From NCBI RefSeq assembly GCF_000143415.4, contig NW_003314267.1, positions 186,001 to 250,000 of the forward strand: 64,000 nt of DNA, read 5' to 3'. Numbering within the stretch: position 1 is the first letter of the stretch; the number at the start of each line of letters is the position of its first letter. The stretch is from Selaginella moellendorffii. Lineage: Eukaryota > Plantae > Lycopodiophyta. Made by a program: the position numbers and the translations under genes. The notes beneath the pieces were generated by a model that saw only the letters and a program-made list of their open reading frames with translations, searched no databases and was not told where the DNA came from. This document shows, piece after piece, positions 1 to 10,001 of this stretch.

Positions 1-1576
1 GATGGTTGTCACTCCAGTCTCTCTCGCGGCAGTGCTCGGCCTCTTGCTTCTAAAGAATAAAGAAAGAACTTACATCAACCAACCTTGGCCACCCCGGGAG
101 TCTTTTGAGAGCCTTTTAGCAGTGCATTCCATGCCAGTTACCTTGGAGGGATCGTCCCTGCCGTTCGTGCGTGGCAATGTCGAATTACAGCATTGACATG
201 GTAATCGTCGATGGATTGCCGTTGCCCGATCCAGCGGCAGTGCTCCTGCCCGCTCGCTGTCCATCCCCTCCCTCGCCGCCCTTGCTCAGACCTGGCCATA
301 AAAAAGGCATTGAAGCAGCTCTATGTGATCAACTGGTAAAAGATTGATCGATGAGAAAACAGCCAACATTGTCGAGGAGACTTTGAGTTCCGGTAACCAA
401 TCACACCATTCTCAAAGATATGTGGTTCTCGGCCCATCTCATATGACATCAACAGGTGATTGCTTACAGCAAAAGATGGTCAGTCAAATTCATTTTCACA
501 AAGCTTACTTCTGTGCTAGAAAGCACCATCTGCTTGATAATTGCTCTGAAACAGAACCATTAGTATTGATATAGCATTTAAAGAAAGAAAGAAGGAAAAA
601 CAAAAGCTTTAAGCTTATCTCAATTAATCCACCTGCCTATCTATTCCTATATAATAAGCACTCATGGTGTTATGGGGCATTGCAAATTGTCCCTGAAGGG
701 CAAAGTTTTTTGTAATGTATTGCTTTAGTTTTTGGGATTATGCTTTTATTTCTTGATTCTTTGTTCTTTAGATTTAGATTTCTTGTGTTTTTTGCCAGAT
801 TTAGGATTGTATCTATCAAATTTACTTTCCTTTAACCTTCTTTACATTATCTTTCATCTTTGATCAGGAGTGTATCATTGGAGGTTGCATATATTACTTT
901 GTTGTCTTCATTTGGCATTAATGAGCTTTTGGTGCTGTTAGACATGCAGTTAAGAGATGATTTTTTTTAAATTTTTATTATTATCTAAAATACTCCTACA
1001 AATGGAATTTGTTTTATATACCCGACTGATCTTCTAGCAAGACTATGGTATTCCTTTGGCAAACGCAGAAAGACAAAAGTAAAACAAAAGTAAATTAGGG
1101 TAATAGTAGTACATTAAATGCTAATAAAACGATTATTATCACAAATAGATAGAAAAAGAAATGATTATCCTTCTAAAAATGAGAATCTATTTGTTATTCA
1201 ATTTGATAGATTTCAAGTTCTATTAACTTTTCAACGAATGGAAGGTATGTTCATGAGGATATAATTCAAACTTATTAGTTAAAGAAGAATGGTTAAGTTT
1301 AGGATTAAGAAATATTTATAATTCATACCAAGAAGTTATGTTAAATTCAGGTCTACTAGTTGTAGAATTACAATATGTATATATATCAGTTTGAATATAT
1401 TATTATTATTCTAAGGCAGTATAATAGAGATTTAACTTCTTTTATTTATGCTATTAATAAATATAACTCAATTGAGTATTGTGAAACTAAATTAACTATG
1501 CTGGATTTAGAAATATTTTCTTACATCCTATTGTGAGTGCATGGAATATAGAAAGGGAATACAGAAATGTGCATAT

Positions 1577-3228
1577 TGTGAGACACAAAATCCCTAGGCC
1601 CCAAAGTGGAGCCGGAAGGGTGCCACATGGTAGTGGTTGAAGCGAAAGTTAAACGAGCATAACATGTTTGGACTAAAAGCTCTGACTCGAAAGGTCGAGA
1701 GTGGGAGTGGAACTCCCAACAAAGTGCTCGAGGAATAAGCACGAAGCGAGCAATAAGTGAGGCTCTAAAAAGGGACCCAAAAGGACCAACACATGACACG
1801 TGGAAGAGTCCGAGATGGAGTCCAAGGTGGAGTCCGAGGTGGAGTCCGAGATGGAGTCCGAGACGGAGTCCGAAGTGGAGTCCGAGATGGACCGAGATGG
1901 AGTCCGAGGTGGAGTCCGAGATGGAGTCCGAGATGGAGTCCGAAGTGGAGTCCGAGATGGACTGAGACAAAGTCTAAGATGGAATCCAAGATGGACCGAG
2001 ACGGAGTCCGAGATGGAGTCCAAGATGGACTGAGATGGAGTCCGAGATGGACCCGAGATGGAATCTGAGATGGAGTCCGAGAAGGACCTGAGATGGAGTC
2101 CGAGGTCGAGACCGAGATCGGGACCGAGACTGGGACCGAGATCGAGACCAAGACCGAGACCGGGACCGAGACCAAGACCGAGGCGGAGGCCGAGTCCGAG
2201 TCCGAGTCCGAGTCCGAGTCCAAGTCCGAGTCCGAGTCTGAGTTCGAGTCTGAGAGGGTGAAAGCCCAAAGCGTTCGTCTCCTAGACCCTGGGGGGTTTG
2301 GTGTGCTCCAAAAGTATAGTAAGGGGGAGGACTGCAGGCCAGTTTGGCCCAGGAAGGCCAGACCCAGTGTTGGGTGATGAATTGACCACTGGGAAGTCCA
2401 AGACTAGAGTGAATACGGACCGACAAGCGGGGTAGTTTGGTGAAGTGTTCAAGAGTCGGCTCTAGTTCCCTTGGGAAATCGATTGGCCAATGCTCCCAGT
2501 CCAAGTGTGGGTGGCACTACCTACTTGGATACCAGGCATGGCTCAATGGAACCTCGCTCTAAACCCATGGCTAGAGCACCCAAAGGCGGAAGGCAGGGAG
2601 AGTACTCAGGTGGCTCGCATAAGGCCACGGTGTTCCGAAGTGTTGTCCCCAAGTCCCAGACCGTGGAAAGGAAAAGGAGCAGTCCTTTGGTGTGGTGGCC
2701 AAGGATACAGTCACGTGGTGAGGAAGTCCCAGAGGACCATGGGACTTAGTGGTCAGGCCTATGGGCCTCGATCCAGTGGCAGTATTGGCAAATACGGCCA
2801 AAGGCAAAAAGGGACTTAGTGGGAATTGATAGAGGGATATTGGAGAAGGCTGTTCCCTTTGTTGGTGGGCATCCTAAGGATGCTAAGGAGTGGATCTAGG
2901 ATGACCACTCACGGATGGTTGGCCCAGTCTTGGAGAGACAAGACTATATTGCAAGTGGTATTGGACTACCAGTGCAGCAAAGGTGATTGGGCATGGCCTT
3001 AGCGTAACAGGCTGCTATGTCGGTGGTACATTTGAGTGTCGGTCAAGGGATCGGACACGTGGAGCACTTGGACCAGGTGCAAGGGTTGAGTGGCATGGAT
3101 GCCATTCTTGGGACTAGCAAGTCCCCAAGTCCAGAATAGGACTTATGGAGGTTGTGAGTGAGACTCCTCCAAGCGGTCGGAGGTGTGGTTAAGTGACTAA
3201 AGTAGAATAGAAAATTTAGTCGCTTACA
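1577..3228. mobile_element. 1652-bp solo LTR of a different retrotransposon family
   Basis: TGTGAG...CTTACA termini, perfect 5-bp TSD CATAT (1572-1576 / 3229-3233), no credible coding capacity. Homologous copies start at 60901 and 62727. Confidence 0.9.
1805..2252. repeat. Minisatellite (GATGGAGTCCGA)n grading into (GAGACC)n/(GAGTCC)n inside the solo LTR
   Basis: Directly visible 12-mer, 10-mer and 6-mer tandem units. Confidence 0.95.
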
Positions 3229-3395
3229 CATATCAATTAGCCCAAAAACCCTAACTTATATATAGGAGCGAGTGGTCCGGATTAAAACCAATCTGACGGC
3301 TACCAAAATCCCACTACACTAATATTAGTATATGGCATTGTAGCCGTACACTTGGCCCTCACATCATCCCCTCCTCTCAGAATAATGGAAGACCA

Positions 3396-4396
3396 TCAGG
3401 GTTCTCTTGTAGACGGGCCGGGATCTGGAGGAACATCAAGAGGAGGCATTGGTGGATCTATAGATGGTATTAACTGCTCTTGATCCCTTTGTATGAAGCA
3501 TTTCAACTGCTGCACATGCACAATCTCTAGAGGATCAGCCTGTTGGATGTCATGCTGAACTTCATAAACTTGTGGTCCAACTTGCCGTAACACCCGATAC
3601 GGTCCTTTCCACTATGCAAGGAGCCCTTTAGATAAACCACGTACCATAAGATGGGGAAAACAGACTAACACCAAATCATCCACTTTGTACTCTGCAGGTG
3701 GATGATGATGGGAGTTGTAGCGCCATTGTTGTCCCATTTGTATGCGGCCTAAGTGTTCGGCAGACTCCGCTCGGACAAGTGGAAGAATGCTTGTCAAATA
3801 TTGATCCCATGACCTAGCATCTGCAGCTCGTGGCAATTGCGAAGGTAAACCTAGCTTCATTGGTAATATTGGATCATGACCATATAGGAGTTTATATGGT
3901 GAAGCACCAACAGAACTCTGCACCCTAATGATATATGCATACCGAAGAGCTGGCAAATAACCATCCCAATCCGAATGCTGAAAGTTCACATACTTCGTAA
4001 TCATCCCCTTGAACATCCGAATGAGCCATTCCACCAGACTGTCTGATTGTGGATGATAAGCACTCATGAAAGTGTGGCAAGTCCCCAACCGAGATGTCAA
4101 AACATGAAATGCCTTAGCCATAAATGCGGGACCATTATCCGAAAGAATCCTCTCTGGACAAAAATGCTGGAACACTACTCGATTGAGGAGGAAGTATCCA
4201 ACAGTAGTTGCAGAGGCGCTAGCAAGAGCACCAACTTCCACCCAACAAGTCAAATAGTCAGAAGCAATAAAAACATACTCATTGCCAGCAGTCGACCGTG
4301 GAAAAGGTCCCATAAGATCAAATGCCACCAACTCAAACGGATGGGAAACTACAATTGACTCCAACCGTCCTTTTGTAGCTTGAGGGGGAGTATTAC
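3396..4396 (-). pseudogene. Integrase core and GPY/F tail of outer gypsy element
   Basis: PFELVAFDLMGPFP, ILSDNGPAF, SAYHPQSDSLVE; a premature stop precedes GPYRVLRQVG. Confidence 0.9.
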
Positions 4397-4783
4397 TGTC
4401 AAGACCCCCAACAAGATCAAGACTGGAAAATGCTAAAGACAAAGAGAAAAAGCTAGTGAAAACAAAGAAGAGGCCTTAGACTGGTGTTGATTCAGATTGT
4501 GGAGAAATGGAACAAGGCTAACCTATATATACTATAGGTTGATGAAGCTCCACCACTCTTGGATCGAGGACAGCCTAAATACAGCTGAGGTCAAGGAGGC
4601 GCCACATCATCATCAGGAATGTGGCTCGAGACTCAGGAATCGGGAAGTGTCTCGAGAGTCAGGAATAGGGAAGTGTCTCGAGAGTCAGGAATAGAGAAGT
4701 GTCTCGAGAGTCAGGAATGTGGTCTGCAGGTCAGGAATCCGGCGAGAGTCAGGAATGTGGCAAGAATTGGGGGATTCCTGATA
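4397..4783 (-). repeat. 3' LTR of chromovirus; U3 has 26-bp tandem repeats with TCAGGAAT core
   Basis: Near-identical to 9610-9996. Confidence 0.97.
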
Positions 4784-4794
4784 GCACCCCCTCC

Positions 4795-7700
4795 TCAAGA
4801 ACGAGTGGAACGAGGATGTGAACGAGAACGAAGAGGAGGATGAGATGAGCGGCGAGGGATGGGAGATGGAGAAAACGAATGAGGACTGGGACGAGAAGGA
4901 TAGCGGCGGTGGAAGTCCTGAACAAGGTCAGGAGAATGAATCAGGTTGTCCGCAGGTTCCCAAGTGCGTTCCTCATGTCCGTAACCCTTCCAGTCCACCA
5001 GATAGTAGAGTTTAGATCGTGAAATCTTGGAATCAAGGATGTCCTGAACCTCGTACTCAGACCCATCCTCGAGCTGCACTGGTGGAGGCGGAGGAATGAC
5101 CCGATTTGGAATAGGACTGGGAATATAAGGCTCAAGGAGAGAGGAGTGAAAAACGGGGTGAATTTGATATGAGGAGGGAAGTGCAAGGCGATAAGTGACA
5201 GGATTAATGATGGCAGTGATAGGGAAAGGACCAAGGCGTTTGAAATCGAGTTTTGGACAGGGCCTGGTGGTGGAGATATTTCGCCTGAGGAGCCAGACTT
5301 TATCCCCGATATTGTAAGGGGGACAATCTTGATGATGGACATTGGCAAATGTTTTATGAGATTCCTGAGCACGATGGAGGTGGAAGGAGATGGAGTTGTG
5401 GATTTCCTGAAGGTTGGAGAGAAATGATTCAGAGCGGGGATTTGAACGAGAGGATTCAGATGGAGAAGGAAGTGAGAGATTGAATCGGGGATTTCGGCCA
5501 GAGTTCGCAAAGAAGGGGGAAACTCGAAGAGAGGAGTGAACAGAGTTGTTATAGGAGAACTCAGCAAGGGGAAGGATATCGAACCAGTTATCCTGATGAT
5601 AGTTGATGAAGCACCTCAAGAATTGTTCCAACGTCTGAATCGTTCGCTCGGACTGCCCATCAGTTTGAGGATGATATGCCGAAGAGAGGTTGGCCTTCAC
5701 TCCAAGCAACTGCAAAAACCGTTGCCAGAAATGAGAGATGAACTGAGGCCCCTGATCCGAAACCACATCTGTAGGAATCCCATGAAGTCGGAAAATTTCC
5801 CTGAATACCAGTTTTGCCATGTCCTCGCCCGAAAACTCCTTGGTACATGGCAAGAAGTGCGCCATCTTTGTGAAGCGATCCACCACGACTAAAATGCTGT
5901 TGAAGCCTCCAGAACTCGGAAGATCACTCAAGAAATCCATGGAGATGGATTCCCAAGGACCTGAAGGGACTGGAAGGGAACGAAGCAAACCTGAAGGAAG
6001 GTGGCGAGGTACCTTATTCCGGGCACAAGTGTCACAGGAGGTAACAAAAGCTTTGATGTAGTCGTCCATGTGAGGCCACCAAAAGTCCCGTGCAACTAGC
6101 TCATAGGTTTTCGCAATGCCGAAGTGACCAGCAGTCGGGCTATCGTGGCACGCCATCAGGATCAACCTTCGAGCATCACCTTCAGGAACATAAAGCTGCT
6201 CCCCACGGTACAATAAGCCATCTAAGAACTCGAACTCGTCAAATCGCCGGCAGTCGGGAGTCACTGGGTGTCCAGCCTGAAGATGGGGAAAAATGTCGCT
6301 AGCAAGATCATCGGATTGAAGATCGTTTCTGATTGCATCCATCAAGGAGGAGTCCTGAGGGGCCAGGGAAATTGCCATAACTTGAAGCCGATCAGGACCG
6401 AGGATAACTTGATCCTGTTGATCGAAGGCAGGATTACCAGGCCTGAGACTGAGATAGGAGCGCCTTGAAAGAGCATCAGGAAGGCCTTGAAACTTTCCAG
6501 GTCTGTACTTGATAACAAAGTCAAACCGACTCAGGAATTGTGCCCACCTTGCTTGACGACGGCTTAAAACTCGGGAAGTGGCAAAGTACTCGAGATTTTT
6601 GTGATCCGTCCAGACTGTTGTTTGATGGCTCGCCCCCTCCAAGAAACGGCGCCACTCTCCAAAGGAATCCACGATGGCAAGAAGCTCCTTGTCGTGGATT
6701 TCGTAATTGATCTCCGCAGGCTGGAATTTCCGAGAATGGAAAGCGACCGGATGAAGTTCGTGATCCGCTCCGAGTTGAGATAGCACAGCACCAATGGCAA
6801 AGTCGGAGGCGTCAGCCTCGATGAAGAAAGGTTGTGAGGAATCAGCATGGATCAAGACAGGAGCAGAACTGAAGGCCGCCTTGAGTGTGTCGAAAGCCTG
6901 TTGGGCAGCAGCAGACCAAGAGAAGGGAACATCCTTGCGAGTGAGATGTGTGAGAGGAAGGACAATGTCAGAGTAGTGATCAATGAATTTGCGGTAGAAG
7001 TTGGCGAAGCCAAGGAAAACCTGAATGTCTGACATTGATTGTGGAGGCTCCCATTCGAGAATAGTCTTGACTTTTGCAGGATCCATCGTGATACCCTCAG
7101 GAGTGACAATGTACCCAAGGAACTCCACAGACTGCTGATCAAAGGAACATTTCTCAAGCTTCGCGTATAGGCCGTGTTCTCGCAGCGTCGCTAGCACCTT
7201 GCGAACATGTTCGTCATGCTCCTCCTGAGTTTTTGAGTAGATGAGGATGTCATCGAGGTAGATGATCACCATCTGATCAAGAAACTCCCGAAAAACGTCG
7301 TTTGCCATGTGTTGGAAAACCGCTGGAGCATTTGTCAAGCCAAATGGCATGACAGTGTACTCGAAGTGGCCATAGCGGGTTCGGAACGCAGTCTTCCATT
7401 CATCACCAGGCCGGATCCGGATCAGGTTGTATGCTCCATGGAGGTCGATCTTGGTGAAGAAGCGGGCACCGCCGAGGCGTTCCAACAGGTCCGAGATCAG
7501 GGGCAGTGGATAACGGTTCCGAATAGTCACCTTGTTCAAACCTCGGTAGTCGATGACTAGCCGCAAGCTCCCATCCTTCTTCTTGACAAAGAAGACAGGC
7601 GCTCCAGCCGGGGACTGCGAATGCTGAATGTAGCCCGAGGCAAGGTTCTCATCCACGTACTCTTTGAGGGCCTTAAGCTCGGACGGGGATAACCCGTAGA

Positions 7701-8568
7701 TAGGCCCCCACGGAGGTGACGCTCCTTCCTGTAAATCAATGGGACAATCATAAGGCCGATGAACAGGCAGTACACTAGCTTTTTTCTTGTCAAACACATC
7801 CCCAAAATCATGATACTTCTCAGGAAGACTGACAGGAGAAACATGCAAAGCAAAAAGAAAAAGAGGTTCTTCATGAAGGAGTTCTTTCATAGTGATTGTG
7901 GAGATAGGAGGAGGAGTACGACTAAATGGAATGATGAGACGAGGATACTGTCCAGTGTAATATGGAAGAGAGAAAAAAGAAGAGGATGAAAACTGCGTAG
8001 AGTCAGGAACAGAACCCCGACTTGAGTTTAGGGAACTTTTCCTGATTCGGACTCGATGAACACCAGGGGAAGCCGTGGGAGATGGTGATGTGGGAGAGAT
8101 GAGTTGTAAGTCCTTCCAACAAATCTGAGGCTGATGTAGTTGGAACCAAGGAAGACCGAGCACCACAGAGGAAGACTTGCTGTTGATGATGTTGAAGGCG
8201 ATATCGGTGACGGTGGACCCGATGTGTACTCGAACGGGCAACGTTTCCCTAAGTCCAGAAGATGGAGACACAAAATGCCCGCCGATGCCTTCAACCCTCA
8301 GATCCCGTATGGTAGGAGAAAGAGGAACGTGATGTCGGGCAGCAAAGTCCGTGTCCATGAAGCAGGAAGTTGCACCCGAGTCCAGTAGCGCCAAAGCCTT
8401 GAGTCCTGATTGTCCGGTGAAAGAAAGGAGACATGGGACGCGGAAGTTGCGGGAATTGGTGGTGGCTTTGATGAAAGGTGGTGAGGAGCTTGATAAGGAA
8501 GAAAAGTGATTTTTATTTGGGGAGTCCAAACAGACAGCTCCTACTCTGTTTGGACAGGGTTGTTTCCC
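4795..8568 (-). CDS. pol: Pol polyprotein (protease, RT, RNase H, integrase, chromodomain), expressed by -1 frameshift
   Basis: ALLDSGAT, YLDD, EADASD, HDSPTAGH..CDTC, ISMDF/SDQG/E, GPF, EYEVQDILDSK..YLVDWKGYG..TWEP. Confidence 0.96.
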   Translation of the reverse strand, partial: GKQPCPNRVGAVCLDSPNKNHFSSLSSSSPPFIKATTNSRNFRVPCLLSFTGQSGLKALALLDSGATSCFMDTDFAARHHVPLSPTIRDLRVEGIGGHFVSPSSGLRETLPVRVHIGSTVTDIAFNIINSKSSSVVLGLPWFQLHQPQICWKDLQLISPTSPSPTASPGVHRVRIRKSSLNSSRGSVPDSTQFSSSSFFSLPYYTGQYPRLIIPFSRTPPPISTITMKELLHEEPLFLFALHVSPVSLPEKYHDFGDVFDKKKASVLPVHRPYDCPIDLQEGASPPWGPIYGLSPSELKALKEYVDENLASGYIQHSQSPAGAPVFFVKKKDGSLRLVIDYRGLNKVTIRNRYPLPLISDLLERLGGARFFTKIDLHGAYNLIRIRPGDEWKTAFRTRYGHFEYTVMPFGLTNAPAVFQHMANDVFREFLDQMVIIYLDDILIYSKTQEEHDEHVRKVLATLREHGLYAKLEKCSFDQQSVEFLGYIVTPEGITMDPAKVKTILEWEPPQSMSDIQVFLGFANFYRKFIDHYSDIVLPLTHLTRKDVPFSWSAAAQQAFDTLKAAFSSAPVLIHADSSQPFFIEADASDFAIGAVLSQLGADHELHPVAFHSRKFQPAEINYEIHDKELLAIVDSFGEWRRFLEGASHQTTVWTDHKNLEYFATSRVLSRRQARWAQFLSRFDFVIKYRPGKFQGLPDALSRRSYLSLRPGNPAFDQQDQVILGPDRLQVMAISLAPQDSSLMDAIRNDLQSDDLASDIFPHLQAGHPVTPDCRRFDEFEFLDGLLYRGEQLYVPEGDARRLILMACHDSPTAGHFGIAKTYELVARDFWWPHMDDYIKAFVTSCDTCARNKVPRHLPSGLLRSLPVPSGPWESISMDFLSDLPSSGGFNSILVVVDRFTKMAHFLPCTKEFSGEDMAKLVFREIFRLHGIPTDVVSDQGPQFISHFWQRFLQLLGVKANLSSAYHPQTDGQSERTIQTLEQFLRCFINYHQDNWFDILPLAEFSYNNSVHSSLRVSPFFANSGRNPRFNLSLPSPSESSRSNPRSESFLSNLQEIHNSISFHLHRAQESHKTFANVHHQDCPPYNIGDKVWLLRRNISTTRPCPKLDFKRLGPFPITAIINPVTYRLALPSSYQIHPVFHSSLLEPYIPSPIPNRVIPPPPPVQLEDGSEYEVQDILDSKISRSKLYYLVDWKGYGHEERTWEPADNLIHSPDLVQDFHRRYPSRPSPHSFSPSPIPRRSSHPPLRSRSHPRSTRS
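8484..8568 (-). promoter_or_regulatory. Programmed -1 ribosomal frameshift signal (slippery G GGA AAC plus predicted H-type pseudoknot)
   Basis: GGGAAAC at 8568-8562 in the gag frame, 6-nt spacer, 11-bp stem (8555-8545 / 8534-8524), loop AGGAGCU complementary to downstream AGCUCCU (8490-8484). Confidence 0.85.
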
Positions 8569-9512
8569 GACTGCAACAGTGGTGGAATTTGAGGCAGAGT
8601 GAACTCGAGCAATCGGGGAGGCTTCCTGGGACACACAGCTGCTTTGTGATTAGGATCAGCACAGTAGAGGCAAAGATTATGAGATATTCGACGTTGCCTC
8701 TCAGCAGGACTCAACTTCCCTCTAATGAGTCGGGGAGTACCAGAAATATCCATCGGGACCGAAGCAGTAGGTTCAGGACTATGCCCCGAAGACTCAAGCT
8801 GGGATTCCTGAGTCTGGGACGGAAAAACAGCGGCGCGGCGACTTTCCTGACGACGTTCAAAGAGACGATTGTCACATCGAACAGCTTTGTTGATGGCGTC
8901 CGACAGGTCCTTGGGATCCTCCATGGTGAGCAACAAATCCTTGACACCGTTGTTGAGGCCGAAACGAAATTGGTCAATCAGGGCCCGCTCATCCCACTGA
9001 GTGTCCAAGGCAAGGAGTTGGAACTCTGCAGCGTAGATCGAGGCAGGACGAGACCCTTGAGAGAGACGTCTCATCTTTGTGGTAGCAGCCCGAACCCGAT
9101 CCGTCTCGCCAAAACATGCTTCGAGCTTCTCTTTGAACAATTGAAGATCCATCAGCTCCGGAACCACGACCCCTTTCATGCTCTTCTCCAGAAGAGGAGA
9201 AAACCATGACAAAGCTGCACCCTCGAGCAACGTCCCAATCGCGCCGATTTGAGACTCGGGAGTGGGGTACCGCCGATGTTGAAGTGCAAAGATCAGCTCC
9301 ATTTGATTCAAAAATCCACGAAGCTCCGAACGCTTGCCTGAAAATTTCGCCGGGAAACTCACCTTCGGTTCAGGAACTTTGCTGGATCCTTGAGCCGAAA
9401 GTGAAGCAAGCTCCTGCTGCATGCGAAGAAGGGTCGCCTTCAGCTCGGTATTCTCAGACTGGATTTTTGCAAGGACTTTGGCAAAGAAATCAGGATGGCT
9501 TGGAGACTCCAT
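8541..9512 (-). CDS. gag: Gag (Ty3/PEG10-like capsid with CCHC knuckle)
   Basis: PAKFSGKRSELRGFL, LSQGSRPASIYAAEF, CLYCADPNHKAAVC; ATG at 9512. Confidence 0.95.
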   Translation of the reverse strand: MESPSHPDFFAKVLAKIQSENTELKATLLRMQQELASLSAQGSSKVPEPKVSFPAKFSGKRSELRGFLNQMELIFALQHRRYPTPESQIGAIGTLLEGAALSWFSPLLEKSMKGVVVPELMDLQLFKEKLEACFGETDRVRAATTKMRRLSQGSRPASIYAAEFQLLALDTQWDERALIDQFRFGLNNGVKDLLLTMEDPKDLSDAINKAVRCDNRLFERRQESRRAAVFPSQTQESQLESSGHSPEPTASVPMDISGTPRLIRGKLSPAERQRRISHNLCLYCADPNHKAAVCPRKPPRLLEFTLPQIPPLLQSGNNPVQTE

Positions 9513-9592
9513 TGGCAAGAAGAAAGAAAAGAAAGGGGGGAAAAGACAAAGGCAATCAAATAATCAAAACAAGCTAAAAGAAAAGCAAAAAA

Positions 9593-9607
9593 CACAATCT
9601 GAATCAA
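9593..9607 (-). promoter_or_regulatory. Self-priming primer binding site
   Basis: There is no TGG tRNA PBS. TTGATTCAGATTGTG just inside the 5' LTR is the exact complement of LTR 9700-9714, ~25 nt downstream of TATATA (~9737-9744). Confidence 0.85.
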
Positions 9608-9609
9608 AC

Positions 9610-9996
9610 TGTCAAGACCCCCAACAAGATCAAGACTGGAAAATGCTAAAGATAAAGAGAAAAAGCTAGTGAAAACAAAGAAGAGGCCTTAGACTGGTGT
9701 TGATTCAGATTGTGGAGAAATGGAACAAGGCTAACCTATATATACTATAGGTTGATGAAGCTCCACCACTCTTGGATCGAGGACAGCCTAAATACAGCTG
9801 AGGTCGAGGAGGCGCCACATCATCATCAGGAATGTGGCTCGAGACTCAGGAATCGGGAAGTGTCTCGAGAGTCAGGAATAGGGAAGTGTCTCGAGAGTCA
9901 GGAATAGAGAAGTGTCTCGAGAGTCAGGAATGTGGTCTGCAGGTCAGGAATCCGGCGAGAGTCAGGAATGTGGCAAGAATTGGGGGATTCCTGACA
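9610..9996 (-). repeat. 5' LTR of chromovirus
   Basis: TGTCAAGAC...CCTGACA followed by TSD ATTAC. Confidence 0.97.
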
Positions 9997-10001
9997 ATTA
10001 C

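Larger units (their letters stand above)
1532..3363 (-). repeat. 3' LTR of outer gypsy element, split by solo-LTR insertion
   Basis: 1532-1576 and 3234-3363 together match 13609-13783. Confidence 0.93.
4397..9996 (-). mobile_element. Intact Ty3/gypsy chromovirus (Tcn1/Tf1-sushi type), 5.6 kb, nested in the outer element's integrase
   Basis: 387-bp LTRs at 4397-4783 and 9610-9996 (3 differences), perfect 5-bp TSD ATTAC, PPT GAGGAGGGGGTGC, uninterrupted gag and pol with chromodomain. Confidence 0.97.

Noticed and set aside
1-600. Short ORFs at the window start
   Set aside because: No recognisable domain or credible splice model; may be the edge of a gene outside the window.
1521-2819. Many overlapping ORFs (LGLH, SDSI, RTPS repeats), also at 62713-63991
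   Set aside because: Artefacts of stop-free 6/12-mer minisatellites within LTRs.
4626-4760. 26-bp repeats that could be mistaken for a CRISPR array
   Set aside because: Directly tandem with no unique spacers, duplicated in both LTRs, eukaryotic context, no cas genes.
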